A program made the translations under genes and the position numbers. DNA of 40,656 bases from positions 1 through 40,656 of IMG/VR virus record IMGVR_UViG_3300010361_000021. One strand, 5' to 3'. The notes beneath the pieces are model-generated. The model did not search any database and had not been told where the DNA came from. It worked only from the letters and a program-made list of their open reading frames with translations. Numbering within the stretch: position 1 is the first letter of the stretch; every line of letters begins with the position of its first letter. Of the stretch, positions 8,801 to 16,778 are shown one piece after another. Source of the stretch: a virus. Lineage: Duplodnaviria; Caudoviricetes.

Positions 8801-11053
8801 GCCGAGCAACGGTCCGACGATGTTCTGCAGCACGTCCTGACCCACGCCACTGGGCGTCACGTCCGGGCTCACTGCCCCGGCCGGCGGCATGCCGAGCAAC
8901 GGACCGACGATGTTCTGCAGAACCTGCTGACCTGCGCCCGACTGGGTGCCTTGGCTCAGCGCGTTCAGGATGTCCTGCCCCTGCGGCGTCATGCCCAGAT
9001 CCAGGAGATCCGAGGGGCTCAGGTTCGAGAGATCCGACGGCAGCGCGCTGGTCGCGGTCTGCGCGGCGCCAGCTGGTGGCATGCCCAGCAGCGGGCCGAG
9101 GATGTTCTGCAGCACGTCCTGCCCGGCGCCGCTCGAGGCCAGGTCCTGCGCCGTCTGGCTGACCGTGGAGCCGGCGTTCGAGAGCGCGTCGCTCAGGCTG
9201 TTCTTCTGCTGATCTAGCCAGTTGCTCGCGCCGTTGACGGCGTCGCCGCCGGTGTTGAGCACCGCGTCGAGCGTGTCCTGGGCCTGTTGGGTGAGGCTAT
9301 TGTTGGCTGAGGCGTTGGTGCTCATGAATGTCTGGACGGACTGCGCCTGCGGCGAACTGGTGGCCACGCTGGAGGTCGTGCTGAGCGGGTGGTCGGCGAA
9401 GATCGCCGCGCGCGGGTCGCCCATGCCCAGGCTCGGAATCTGCGCGGGCGTGAACCACGACTGACCGTTGGCAGCCTTCAGGTCGGTGGCACTCGTGCCC
9501 AGGTGGAGCTGTCCGGTGTCGGCGTTGTAGCCGTCCACGTAGAAGTAGTGGCCGGGCGTGTCGATGATGACCGGGTTGCCGGACTGCGCCTCGCTCGCGA
9601 CGGTGTTCCAGTCCACGCCATTGGTCAGATGCGCGTCGATGCCGAGCTTGCCGAGCAGGGCGACCTCGCTCGAGGGACCAGCCATGCCCTGACTGGCGTT
9701 CCAGCCCACCTGCTGCGCCAGTTGCTGGGCTTCTTGGACGGTGGGATTGCGGCCGAAGGTCTCGGCGAAGGCCATGGCTGCGGCCGGCCCGCAGAACGCC
9801 ATGGCATCGCCGCTACTCAGTCCCATAGCGAACTGCGAGGTCCTGGCGACGGCGCTCTGCGCCGCGTCGGAGACCGTGTTCACGGCCTGCTGGCCGGTCG
9901 ACTGCGCGTTCTGGAGGCCGCTCTGGACGTCGCCGCCGATCCTGTTCTGGATGCCCTGCAGGATGCCGAGGTACTCCGGTTCGGCCGCGGTGAAGTAGCC
10001 GCCCTGCTTGAGGCCGTGCACGAAATCCTGCAGCGTCTGGGCGCCAACGGCGCCGGGGTAGTGGTTCTTGAGCAGGTCGACGAAGGCATTCACCGAGTCC
10101 TGCGGCGAGTTGTACGCGGCGAAGTTGGCGTTGACGTTGGTGCCGCCGTACTCGCCCTCGTGCGTGGCCAGGCTCGTGCCTGGCTGGCCGGGCAAGGCCT
10201 TGATGCCGAACAGCTCATTGCCGGGGGCGTTGCCGTAGTTCGACTCGCTGGCTGCCATGGCCGCCACCCACGTCGGGTCGATGCCGAGCTGCTGTGCGGC
10301 TTGCTGCGCGTACGGCGCGAAGCTTTGCGCGAAAGCCGACGGACTCGAGGAGTCGATCGCCCCGCCGAGCGTCTGCGCTGCGCCGGTCGCCTGCTGGGCG
10401 GCTTGCTGCGCGACTTGCGGGAAGGCCCCGCCGTACTGATCCATGAACTTCTGGACGTCGCCACCGGCCTGGCTCGCGGCGTTGATGCCGGCCAGCATCA
10501 GATCGCCGCCGGTCTGGTTCAGGTTCTGGTTGAAGTTCTGCATGAACTGCTGGACGTTGGCGCCCGCCGCATCCGCGGCGTTCAGCGCGGCGCCGAACGG
10601 ATCGAACCCCTGACCACCGCTCGAGGGGGTAGGTGTCGGAGTGGGCGCCGGGGTTGGGGGTGTGGGCTGGCTCTGATCGGGAGTCGGACCTGAGATCGGT
10701 GCCGACGGCGTCACGTCCACCGGCGCCGGCCCGGTATCTGTCGGAGCCGGCGCCGTGTCCGTTGGAGCGGGTGTCGTGTCTGCGCCCGGCAGGCCGGCAC
10801 TGGTGTCGACGGGAGGTGGTGCTGGTGGTGCAGCTTCCGGAGCCGGCGGAGCCGGCGGAGCCGGCGGAGGTGGCGGCGGTGCTACTTCAGGTGGTGGAGC
10901 GGCTTCTTCCGGTGGTGGCGCCAGGATGTTCTGGACGCCTGTCGCGATGTCGCCTGGCAGACTCGCGATTTTGTCCTGCACCGCCTGGGTGAACTGATTG
11001 CTCGCCCACTGGTAGTAGGAATCGGCTGGGATATCCGGAAGTAAGTCAGCCAT
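5876..11053 (-). CDS. Large putative ejection protein with GH73-like glucosaminidase and C39-like peptidase domains (about 1725 aa)
   Basis: Likely start MADLLPDIP at 11053. FlgJ/GH73-like segment AAMAASESNYG...NELFGIKA...FAAYNSPQDSV...GGYFTA at about 9950-10350; papain-like C39 segment FCGPAAAMA...GNPVIIDTPGHYFYVDGY at about 9400-9840; long helical C-terminus. Confidence 0.8.
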   Translation of the reverse strand: MADLLPDIPADSYYQWASNQFTQAVQDKIASLPGDIATGVQNILAPPPEEAAPPPEVAPPPPPPAPPAPPAPEAAPPAPPPVDTSAGLPGADTTPAPTDTAPAPTDTGPAPVDVTPSAPISGPTPDQSQPTPPTPAPTPTPTPSSGGQGFDPFGAALNAADAAGANVQQFMQNFNQNLNQTGGDLMLAGINAASQAGGDVQKFMDQYGGAFPQVAQQAAQQATGAAQTLGGAIDSSSPSAFAQSFAPYAQQAAQQLGIDPTWVAAMAASESNYGNAPGNELFGIKALPGQPGTSLATHEGEYGGTNVNANFAAYNSPQDSVNAFVDLLKNHYPGAVGAQTLQDFVHGLKQGGYFTAAEPEYLGILQGIQNRIGGDVQSGLQNAQSTGQQAVNTVSDAAQSAVARTSQFAMGLSSGDAMAFCGPAAAMAFAETFGRNPTVQEAQQLAQQVGWNASQGMAGPSSEVALLGKLGIDAHLTNGVDWNTVASEAQSGNPVIIDTPGHYFYVDGYNADTGQLHLGTSATDLKAANGQSWFTPAQIPSLGMGDPRAAIFADHPLSTTSSVATSSPQAQSVQTFMSTNASANNSLTQQAQDTLDAVLNTGGDAVNGASNWLDQQKNSLSDALSNAGSTVSQTAQDLASSGAGQDVLQNILGPLLGMPPAGAAQTATSALPSDLSNLSPSDLLDLGMTPQGQDILNALSQGTQSGAGQQVLQNIVGPLLGMPPAGAVSPDVTPSGVGQDVLQNIVGPLLGYQPDNAVTLGNELATTGTANLGPLSIGPVPQDNSVIPVKIGGVDITRPYNADALVQALMPNAPGPVSAAASQLLNPINAFFGPTGPLIGAASGAGGELARQVAENLGGDPTAQLVAQLAGSLAGGLTPSAVEQLPALADLLTDPVLQAALRYRQPGEMEVNAALGGIPSLLGIGEQAPGGAERVLNEAGQVLSTTGAPMFQMYGRASGTDLMARALSALQDLPEEAQNRLVAQAQELTDAGAPASTVASRLQQWAAQETGPSALGQALADEAAARATAAPTTAAPAATSAQDLISRLAALRQQVENAPLTAREEIARLGTPAAETAATTAAEHTLTPNQAAQIADDIARGRISATGEDLGGTGGGGGRTPGAGGGAAGTSGAPPLQQGAVTTLQGSNLFDTLGRYIASALSPGDNLKPEVQQALQPFANLVGDAHGIDLLVERDMQRYPISGALGAEDGPGQQLLRTQFYNEATNRLIGDLRAQGLITPMTNRAIPAGWKVASENAASQLSKYAVHPDVAGPLRAIVDHTGFLHTNPIGQAISKTWGTAKQTIFTLSQMHTLTTALNAAFSSPETLGNMLRAFASPSFYEGMRSGKMADTFVNAAVKGGVTNLAKRAEATDVGLTLKNPLIRGAVQSVSGGVGGGAASYLAAKQAGLSDDDARNVALAGGAAAAVAGPTLTPKLTQALWERAMPMAKATAWQGLVDGGMDPQVAGRIINQRFGGLNYAQMGRNPNVQNALRVAIQAPDWLEAPIRQAGNLVGGGGAGETRAFLAKTMGGMAIATELTNYALTGHFTNQNQPGYQFMVEQQDPAGGYMHFGLFPPQYQTYINLINKSVATPSRTGTNLLNFVTARQPAPISAVENLLQTAAAGSNTGKLPYGVAKAGPVAAALSQFAPIGVSQVAEGTQQGGENLLGTIAMALAGLNPTYTNPAAPGGSSGGGASGVPASHLPSSASATRTTPRTPPAPKTARTR
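8800..9135 (-). repeat. Three intragenic repeats SG(A/V)GQ(D/Q)VLQNI(L/V)GPLLG
   Basis: Seen in the translation and in DNA (gatgttctgcag core x3). Confidence 0.85.
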
Positions 11054-11156
11054 AGGCACGCAGCAGCAGAACATTGCTGACATGTTCGCGAAGCGACGTA
11101 ATAACGGACCGGGCCACGTGATCGCGCGTACCTACCTGAGCGTCATCTGGTGGCTG

Positions 11157-12866
11157 CTAAACGAGACGCATGTTCCCTGCAGCAGACCCTGCTGCGTATT
11201 TAGGGAGGCTGCTCTGATAGAGCGAGTTGATGTCGCCCGGAGCCCAGCCGAGCGAGGCGTAAGCTGAGCCCAGCATCTGCTTCTGCGAGGGCGCCATGGC
11301 GTTAAACGACTGGGGGGCAATCTGGCTTGGTGCCGGGAGTCCCTGTGCCGTTGCGAGGAAGTCCGAATAGTTCATGCCACCCGGGCTGGCCGTGCCGCTG
11401 GTCCCCAGTTGACCACCAGCCGCGTTTGCCCCGGTACCTCCGCCGCCTTGCCCGGAGGCTGCCGCATTGAGCTGCTGCCCCGTGGTCTGGGCGTACGGAT
11501 TCCCTGTAGTGCCGGGTACTGTGTAGCCGGTCGCTGCGCCGACTAGGTTATTGAGGGTTTGCGCCTGGGGTTGGATGCCCGTCGTCCCACCGCCGGGGAT
11601 GTAGTTACCTGCCGCAGCTCCGACAAGACTTTGGATGCCACTGGGGGTGGAACCCAGAGTGCGCAAGTAACTTCCATAATCCGCGGGTCCCTGCAGTTGG
11701 CTGAGCAGTTGCAGGTACGACTGGGCGGCCTGTTGCTGGAACTGCTGGTAGGCCAGCGTCTCCTGGCCCGGGGCCGGCGCGTTGACGCCTGGCTGCGCGG
11801 CCTGGCCCGGTGCGCCGGGCGCGTAGTACTGGCCGAACTGGCTGGCCAGGTTCTGGGCCTGGTTGAAGTACTGCTGCTGGGCCGCCATCGTCTCGGTCGG
11901 CGTGCCCGGTGTGGTGAGCCCGGGCGCGGTGCCCTGGCCACCGGCGGCGGCGTAGGCCTGCTGGATGGCCGCGTTGGAGTCGCTGACCCAGGCGTTCATG
12001 GCCGCCTGCCAGTCGCCGCCGTGGGCGTAGTAGTACGCCTGCTGCTGGTCGACCGGCAGGTCGGAGAACTTGCCGCCCTGGGCGTTGGTGCCGGGTGCCA
12101 GGATCTGACCAGGTGCGGTGTACATGCCCGTCGCGCCCGACGTGGCCAGCGCCTGCTGCTGTGCCGCAGTGTTCATGCTCTGGTACGCCTGCAGGCCCTG
12201 CAGCGTCTGCTGCGGCACCTGGCTGGGCGGCGCCGACTCGAGCGTGGCGGCGGTGCTGTAGGGGATGACGTTCATCGAGTCGAGGTTGCCGTTCCAGCCC
12301 ATGGCCTGGGCCTGGGCGGTGCTGACGCGCTGCAACTGACCCGACGGCGTGACGTAGTCGAGCTGGGTGCCGTACTGGCTGGGGTACGTGCTCGGGTCGA
12401 TGCGCAGGAACGTGCCGGGCGAGTATTGCGACTGGCCCGGCTGGGTGTAGAAGCCCGTGAGCCCGGCCGCGTTCTGCGCCATCTGGGCGTAGGCCTGCGT
12501 CGCGCTCAGCGTCTGGCCGGTGTTGTAGCCGGTCAGGCCGGGGATGCCGCCGGCGTAGCCCATGGTGTTCATGGTCGACTGCAGGGGCGTGCCGGCCGGC
12601 GGGATCGTCGCCCCGCCCGCGCCGAACTGGTACCAGTTGCCGCCCGGCGCGTAGCCATAGGCCGAGCCCAGCGACATCGCATTGCTGAAGGCTTGCTGCG
12701 CCTGCTGGAAGGCGAACTGCTCAGGGAGCAGTTGCGCCTGGGCGTTCTGGTAGGCCGCCTGTGCCTGCGCCGTGGCGGCCTGATTGAGGGTCTGCAGCCC
12801 GGAGGAGTTGAAGTAGCTCGTCCCCTGGAAGGGGTCGTAGCCAAACATCGAGGGGTCGATGGACAC
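11157..12866 (-). CDS. Putative internal virion/ejection protein (569 aa, Gln/Gly/Ala-rich)
   Basis: Low charge, recurring (Q/E)TLxxxQ motifs; first of three consecutive large genes. Confidence 0.6.
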   Translation of the reverse strand: MSIDPSMFGYDPFQGTSYFNSSGLQTLNQAATAQAQAAYQNAQAQLLPEQFAFQQAQQAFSNAMSLGSAYGYAPGGNWYQFGAGGATIPPAGTPLQSTMNTMGYAGGIPGLTGYNTGQTLSATQAYAQMAQNAAGLTGFYTQPGQSQYSPGTFLRIDPSTYPSQYGTQLDYVTPSGQLQRVSTAQAQAMGWNGNLDSMNVIPYSTAATLESAPPSQVPQQTLQGLQAYQSMNTAAQQQALATSGATGMYTAPGQILAPGTNAQGGKFSDLPVDQQQAYYYAHGGDWQAAMNAWVSDSNAAIQQAYAAAGGQGTAPGLTTPGTPTETMAAQQQYFNQAQNLASQFGQYYAPGAPGQAAQPGVNAPAPGQETLAYQQFQQQAAQSYLQLLSQLQGPADYGSYLRTLGSTPSGIQSLVGAAAGNYIPGGGTTGIQPQAQTLNNLVGAATGYTVPGTTGNPYAQTTGQQLNAAASGQGGGGTGANAAGGQLGTSGTASPGGMNYSDFLATAQGLPAPSQIAPQSFNAMAPSQKQMLGSAYASLGWAPGDINSLYQSSLPKYAAGSAAGNMRLV

Positions 12867-12882
12867 GCCGACTCGCTACTTC

Positions 12883-13122
12883 CTACTTCTTGTTGTTGCT
12901 TTTACCCAGGCCCGGAAACTTGGCCGCTACCTTGCGACGAACAGTGGCCTTCTCTGCGGCGGTGCCAAATTGACTGACTCGACTCAAGGCAGCGATTCCA
13001 TGACGACGATCCGGGATCGGGTAACTGCCGCTGCCTTTACCCTCTTTGCCTTCGCCTTTACCAGGCAGTGCGAAGCTCGAGCTCGGCAGACGTTTTCGCT
13101 GGGCGGCTTTCAGAATGGCCAT
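12883..13122 (-). CDS. Small basic phage protein (79 aa)
   Basis: MAILKAAQRKRLPSSSFALPG...YPIPDRRHGIAALSRV; this LP-S-FA-P...YPI-D--H pattern is common in phage head modules; TGATG coupling with the upstream gene. Confidence 0.75.
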   Translation of the reverse strand: MAILKAAQRKRLPSSSFALPGKGEGKEGKGSGSYPIPDRRHGIAALSRVSQFGTAAEKATVRRKVAAKFPGLGKSNNKK

Positions 13123-13394
13123 CAAAAACTCTTGCCGAAGCCCCAGCGTGAGGGCAGGCCGCGACCGAGTGGACTGGGGATCATCGGCTCGGCCCACGGA
13201 CCCTGGCCGTAGCCCTCGGGCGGGTCGTAGCACGTGCAGCGCGACCATACCGGCGTCTGCGTGTTGCGGTACAGCGGTCCGTTCTCGGTGTGGTCGGAGC
13301 CATTCATCGGCCCCAGTCCGCCACCGATGAAGATGCTGGCGATCGCCGGGCCGCCGGCGTACTGGTTGGGACGCTTCGCGGAGTTGCCTGCCAT
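13122..13394 (-). CDS. Hypothetical protein (90 aa)
   Basis: MAGNSAKRPNQY start, TGATG-coupled on both sides, with GAGGAG upstream. Confidence 0.65.
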   Translation of the reverse strand: MAGNSAKRPNQYAGGPAIASIFIGGGLGPMNGSDHTENGPLYRNTQTPVWSRCTCYDPPEGYGQGPWAEPMIPSPLGRGLPSRWGFGKSF

Positions 13395-13648
13395 CAATTG
13401 TTCTCCTCGTGCGTGTGCACCTCGGCGTTCTGCACGCTGCCCGCCGTGAGCGCTGACTGCATGCTCTGCAGTTGCGAGCCCATGCCCGACAGGCCGTAGA
13501 CGCCGGGTTGCGTCTGCGTCTGGTAGTAGCTCCACGGCCAGTAGTGGGTGTGCTGGTAGACCGGAATGACGACGTCGCAGTGCTCGCAGTGGCGGTGCGG
13601 ATAGCCGATGTGGCAGCACGGGCCACGTCCACCACACGCCAGGCTCAT
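13394..13648 (-). CDS. Cys/His-rich hypothetical protein (84 aa)
   Basis: CGGRGPCCHIGYPHRHCEHC; stop/start overlaps with both neighbours. Confidence 0.65.
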   Translation of the reverse strand: MSLACGGRGPCCHIGYPHRHCEHCDVVIPVYQHTHYWPWSYYQTQTQPGVYGLSGMGSQLQSMQSALTAGSVQNAEVHTHEENN

Positions 13649-14079
13649 CGGAACGGTCCGAGACTGAACGGCGGCGGCATCAGGCCGCGCATGCTGGGCG
13701 CCGAGGTGCCGACCTGGGGACCGGGCAGCGCCATTCTGGGCGCGGTCTGACGCATCGGCGCACGCGCCACCGGTCCGGGAAGCCGGGGCGCGCCGCCCGG
13801 CATCGCGGCCGGTCGGGGCATGGCGGGTCCGCGCGGAACCGAGGGGGTCGCGCGCGCGGACGGCGTCCTGGCCGTGGTGGCGCGCGGGATGGCCGGGGCG
13901 CGCGGAATGACGGGTCGAGCCAGCGGTGCGGCCCGCGGTACCCGCACGCTCGATGCACGCGCCGCAGGTGCGCGCGGGACGGCGGGGGCCCGCACGGCTG
14001 GCGTCCGCGCCGGGCTACGGGAGGGTGTAGCTCGCGCTGGATTGGACTTCGGGGCCGGACTTCGAGGACTCGTTGCCAT
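13645..14079 (-). CDS. Arg/Pro/Ala-rich basic protein (144 aa)
   Basis: MATSPRSPAPK start with AAAGGGGAAG upstream; ATGA overlap with the next gene; contains no Asp or Glu. Confidence 0.6.
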   Translation of the reverse strand: MATSPRSPAPKSNPARATPSRSPARTPAVRAPAVPRAPAARASSVRVPRAAPLARPVIPRAPAIPRATTARTPSARATPSVPRGPAMPRPAAMPGGAPRLPGPVARAPMRQTAPRMALPGPQVGTSAPSMRGLMPPPFSLGPFR

Positions 14080-14093
14080 GGTTGCTTCCCCTT

Positions 14094-14672
14094 TTACACC
14101 GCGGTGGCGACCCAGGCGCCGGCGCGCTTCTGGTAGATCGTCGTGCCAGCCCCACCGTCGACCCTGAAGTAGACGTCGCCATTGGCGCCGAGACCGGCCG
14201 CCGGCACGCCGGAGCCACCGTATAGCGCGCCGCCCTGTGTCGTGGTCGTATTGCCCAGGTACACGCCGGCTGCAGCGTAGATGCTGCTCGGTCGCGTCGC
14301 GCCGCTCGCCCCGATGGCGTACGTGTTGTCCGGCGCAAACGTCATCGGGTTGTTGACCACGAAGTTGGCTGGCGGCGCGGCGACCGGGGCCGCGGTCGTG
14401 GTGAACGTCGCGTCGGTCGTGGCGTCCAGCGGCGCGTGGTTCCGGTCGTACCACTGGATGATCCAGTGGTAGAGCGTGCTTGGCAGCAGGTTGTAGCCGA
14501 CCTGGACGAAGCGCGTGTCCGGTACGACGCTGCTGTAGCCGGTGGTGCAGGTGGTGTAACTGCCGCTCGACGGGCCGATCAGCAGGCGGCCGCACACTGC
14601 CGCACTGGCGATGCAGCTCACCTGCACCGTGTTGGCCTGCGGCGTGACGACCAGGTTGGAGATGGTCGTCAC
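14094..14672 (-). CDS. FN3-domain putative decoration/fibre protein
   Basis: GTG start VTTISNLVVTPQ; clear paralog of 1608..2063 (LDATTDATFTT shared). Confidence 0.75.
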   Translation of the reverse strand: MTTISNLVVTPQANTVQVSCIASAAVCGRLLIGPSSGSYTTCTTGYSSVVPDTRFVQVGYNLLPSTLYHWIIQWYDRNHAPLDATTDATFTTTAAPVAAPPANFVVNNPMTFAPDNTYAIGASGATRPSSIYAAAGVYLGNTTTTQGGALYGGSGVPAAGLGANGDVYFRVDGGAGTTIYQKRAGAWVATAV

Positions 14673-14703
14673 GCGTGTGCTCCGACCCCCGGCGGGAGCG
14701 TCA

Positions 14704-14853
14704 CTAGCGGCTCTTTTTCGGAGTGCGCGTCGACATGCCCCTCTTGCGATCGAGCGCGTCGTCCCGCTTCGAGCCCGGCTTGATGCCGGCCTTCTTGTCG
14801 GCGGCCATGTCGCTCTTGAGCGTCCAGGGTTTTCCGCCACCTTTGCCAGCCAC
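14704..14853 (-). CDS. Small Lys-rich protein (49 aa)
   Basis: VAGKGGGKPWTLKSDMAADKKAGIKPGSKRDDALD; fits the gap between neighbours. Confidence 0.6.
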   Translation of the reverse strand: MAGKGGGKPWTLKSDMAADKKAGIKPGSKRDDALDRKRGMSTRTPKKSR

Positions 14854-14861
14854 GGCTGCTC

Positions 14862-15044
14862 TCAGCCCTTCTTCGCGTTGCCGAGTTTGCTGATGCTGCC
14901 GCGGCCGAGACCGCCGGTACCGGACGGTTCGCCCTTGCAGCCGGCGCTGCCGGCGACGGCCGAGTACTGCTGCTTGTTCGCGCCGCTCGGCTGCGACTGT
15001 GCAGCAACTTTCTTCGAGAAATTGTTCGATCCTGCGTACGCCAT
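14862..15044 (-). CDS. Small Gly/Lys-rich protein (60 aa)
   Basis: ORF track; TAGAGT -10-like hexamer 6 nt before the ATG. Confidence 0.6.
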   Translation of the reverse strand: MAYAGSNNFSKKVAAQSQPSGANKQQYSAVAGSAGCKGEPSGTGGLGRGSISKLGNAKKG

Positions 15045-15065
15045 GCCTGCACTCTACTCCTTGCC

Positions 15066-15405
15066 TCAAGGGCCAAGAATGTTCTCGGATGCCGGCCCGG
15101 GCGGCGGCGCGGGGATCTTCAACCACGGATAGGCCGCGATGACAGCCCTGTACACCGTTCGGAAGCCGATGGGCCCCAGGCGCTGCAACTCGGCGTTGCG
15201 TCCAGCGTCGTTGGGCGTGCCGTCGGCGTTGAACAACTGACTCGAGTCAATAGTAGGCGAGTTTTTGCGATTCGGATATCGGAGCGGCAAAAGGTGCAAT
15301 CCCCTGCGGCGAAAACGCTACGGCAAGTTGGGTTGACATCGAATCCAGCCACTGGGCCAGGTCCTGCGCTACGAGATCGTAAGGTTCAATTCGCTGACTC
15401 ACCAT
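15066..15405 (-). pseudogene. Hypothetical gene split by a +1 frameshift at about 15249
   Basis: AGGGAGGT RBS, then ATG 15405 MVSQRIEPYD...QKLAYY-stop; the +1 frame continues DSSQLFNADGTPN...ENILGP and has no good start of its own. Confidence 0.5.
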
Positions 15406-15461
15406 ACTGTTGGCACCACCTCCCTTCTATTGAGCGATAGTTCGGCGCTTGTCGGTTCCGC

Positions 15462-16049
15462 TCACGCGCGCCACAGCTCGATCCACAGCGCGCGCAGCAT
15501 GCTGAGGGTGTAGGTGTTGCTACTGGTGTTGGCGCAGTTGATGACCAGCAGGTCGTTCGGGAGCAGCTCGGCGACGTAGGCCCACAGCGTCTGGAAGTAG
15601 GACGGGGAGATGGTCGCCGGTGGACGCTCGATAGTCTGGCTGATCGTGCTGCGCTGGCCGTTGTAGGTGATGCCTGGCTGCGTGCCCGGGCCGGTGACGG
15701 TGTCGATCAGGATGATCTGGTAGATCGCCCCGGGCTGGACCAGGAAGCCGGCGTCGGCCACGCTGATGCCGCGCGCGCCACCGTTGATGGAGGGCAGCCA
15801 GCCGGTCAGCGTGGTCATGGGACGGTTCGGGTTGAGCGTGACCGGTCCGAGCTGCGCCATCAGGTACGGCAGCGAACCGGGCGGGCGCGCCTCGAGCACG
15901 GCTAGGCGGCGCTCCGCGGCCACGAGGTCGTCGGGCAGGACGCACCCGTCGTCGCTGGTGCGCACGTACATCTGACCCGTGTGGACGTGCAGCCCGTCGC
16001 TGCGACGGGTGTCGTGCGCGCGTTCAGGAGAGGTCCTCGGCGGGTGCAC
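15462..16049 (-). CDS. Putative fibre/spike-like protein
   Basis: Short coiled coil (AAERRLAVLEAR) followed by a beta-rich C1q/TNF-like C-terminus; start uncertain (16049 or 15971). Confidence 0.5.
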   Translation of the reverse strand: MHPPRTSPERAHDTRRSDGLHVHTGQMYVRTSDDGCVLPDDLVAAERRLAVLEARPPGSLPYLMAQLGPVTLNPNRPMTTLTGWLPSINGGARGISVADAGFLVQPGAIYQIILIDTVTGPGTQPGITYNGQRSTISQTIERPPATISPSYFQTLWAYVAELLPNDLLVINCANTSSNTYTLSMLRALWIELWRA

Positions 16050-16098
16050 CAGCGGTTACCCGGCCGTCCGCGTCGATTTGTTTGCGTAGGGACGACAG

Positions 16099-16169
16099 TA
16101 GAATTGCTCCGTCGAGTTGCCCCCGCGTCGCGGGTACGACCGGGGGCCGGCATCACGGAGGGAGCCGCA
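16099..16169 (+). promoter_or_regulatory. -10 box and structured 5' leader of the HNH gene
   Basis: TAGAAT at 16099-16104; GCCCCCG/CGGGGGC stem at 16119-16147; CTCCGT (16107-16112) can pair with ACGGAG (16155-16160) in the RBS region. Confidence 0.55.
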
Positions 16170-16778
16170 ATGCCTGTCCAGATTATCTGTGCCCAGTGTG
16201 GCGTGACCTTCGAGGTCAAACTGTCGGCCGCTTACCGGCGGCGCTGTTGCTCCAGACGTTGCCTCGGCGAAAGTCAGCGGGGGTCTCGTCCCGAAAAGAC
16301 GCACATCAATCGCGTTGACCCACTGACGGTGCTTATGCGTCACACCGTATGCAACCTGGCGACTGGATGCTGGCTGTGGTGCGGCAAGGTTGATCGCAAG
16401 GGCTACGGCCGATTGTCGTTTCGAGTGGCGGGTCGGCGACGGAGATACATGGGTGTGCATCGGCTTTCGTACGAACTGAATATCGGTCCCATCCCGCGAG
16501 GCCTGGGAGTGCTGCATCGGTGCGACACGCCACGGTGTTGGCGACCCGCCCATCTATGGCTTGGCACGAACGCGCAGAACACGGCAGATATGTGGGCCAA
16601 GGGGCGTGGCCTTGCTCCGCACCAGGCGTACCGTTACGGCGAGCCGATGAGCCGTGGCCGGAGTAAGCCATGGGCTCAGCCGGCACCAGTCGGGCCGGGC
16701 ATGGTCGGGCTGGCTGGCTGGCCAGGGAATGCGCCGGGGCCAGGACCTAGTGCTGGTGGGGTGGTGGGCATTCCGTAA
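16170..16778 (+). CDS. HNH homing endonuclease with N-terminal Zn finger
   Basis: GCWLWCG...GYG...VHRLSY...VLHRCDTPRCWRPAHLWLGTNAQN is an HNH_3-type motif; ATG at 16170 follows GGAGGGAG; antisense to the module and overlaps the portal 3' end. Confidence 0.88.
   Translation: MPVQIICAQCGVTFEVKLSAAYRRRCCSRRCLGESQRGSRPEKTHINRVDPLTVLMRHTVCNLATGCWLWCGKVDRKGYGRLSFRVAGRRRRYMGVHRLSYELNIGPIPRGLGVLHRCDTPRCWRPAHLWLGTNAQNTADMWAKGRGLAPHQAYRYGEPMSRGRSKPWAQPAPVGPGMVGLAGWPGNAPGPGPSAGGVVGIP

Noticed and set aside
5876-11053. Tape measure protein call for the 1725-aa gene
   Set aside because: No adjacent tail tube, chaperone frameshift pair or distal tail genes, and it lies within the head module; not excluded without structure prediction.
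11082-11267. 61-aa plus-strand ORF as an endonuclease remnant
   Set aside because: Only a vague resemblance (ARTYLSVIWWLL); too weak to call.
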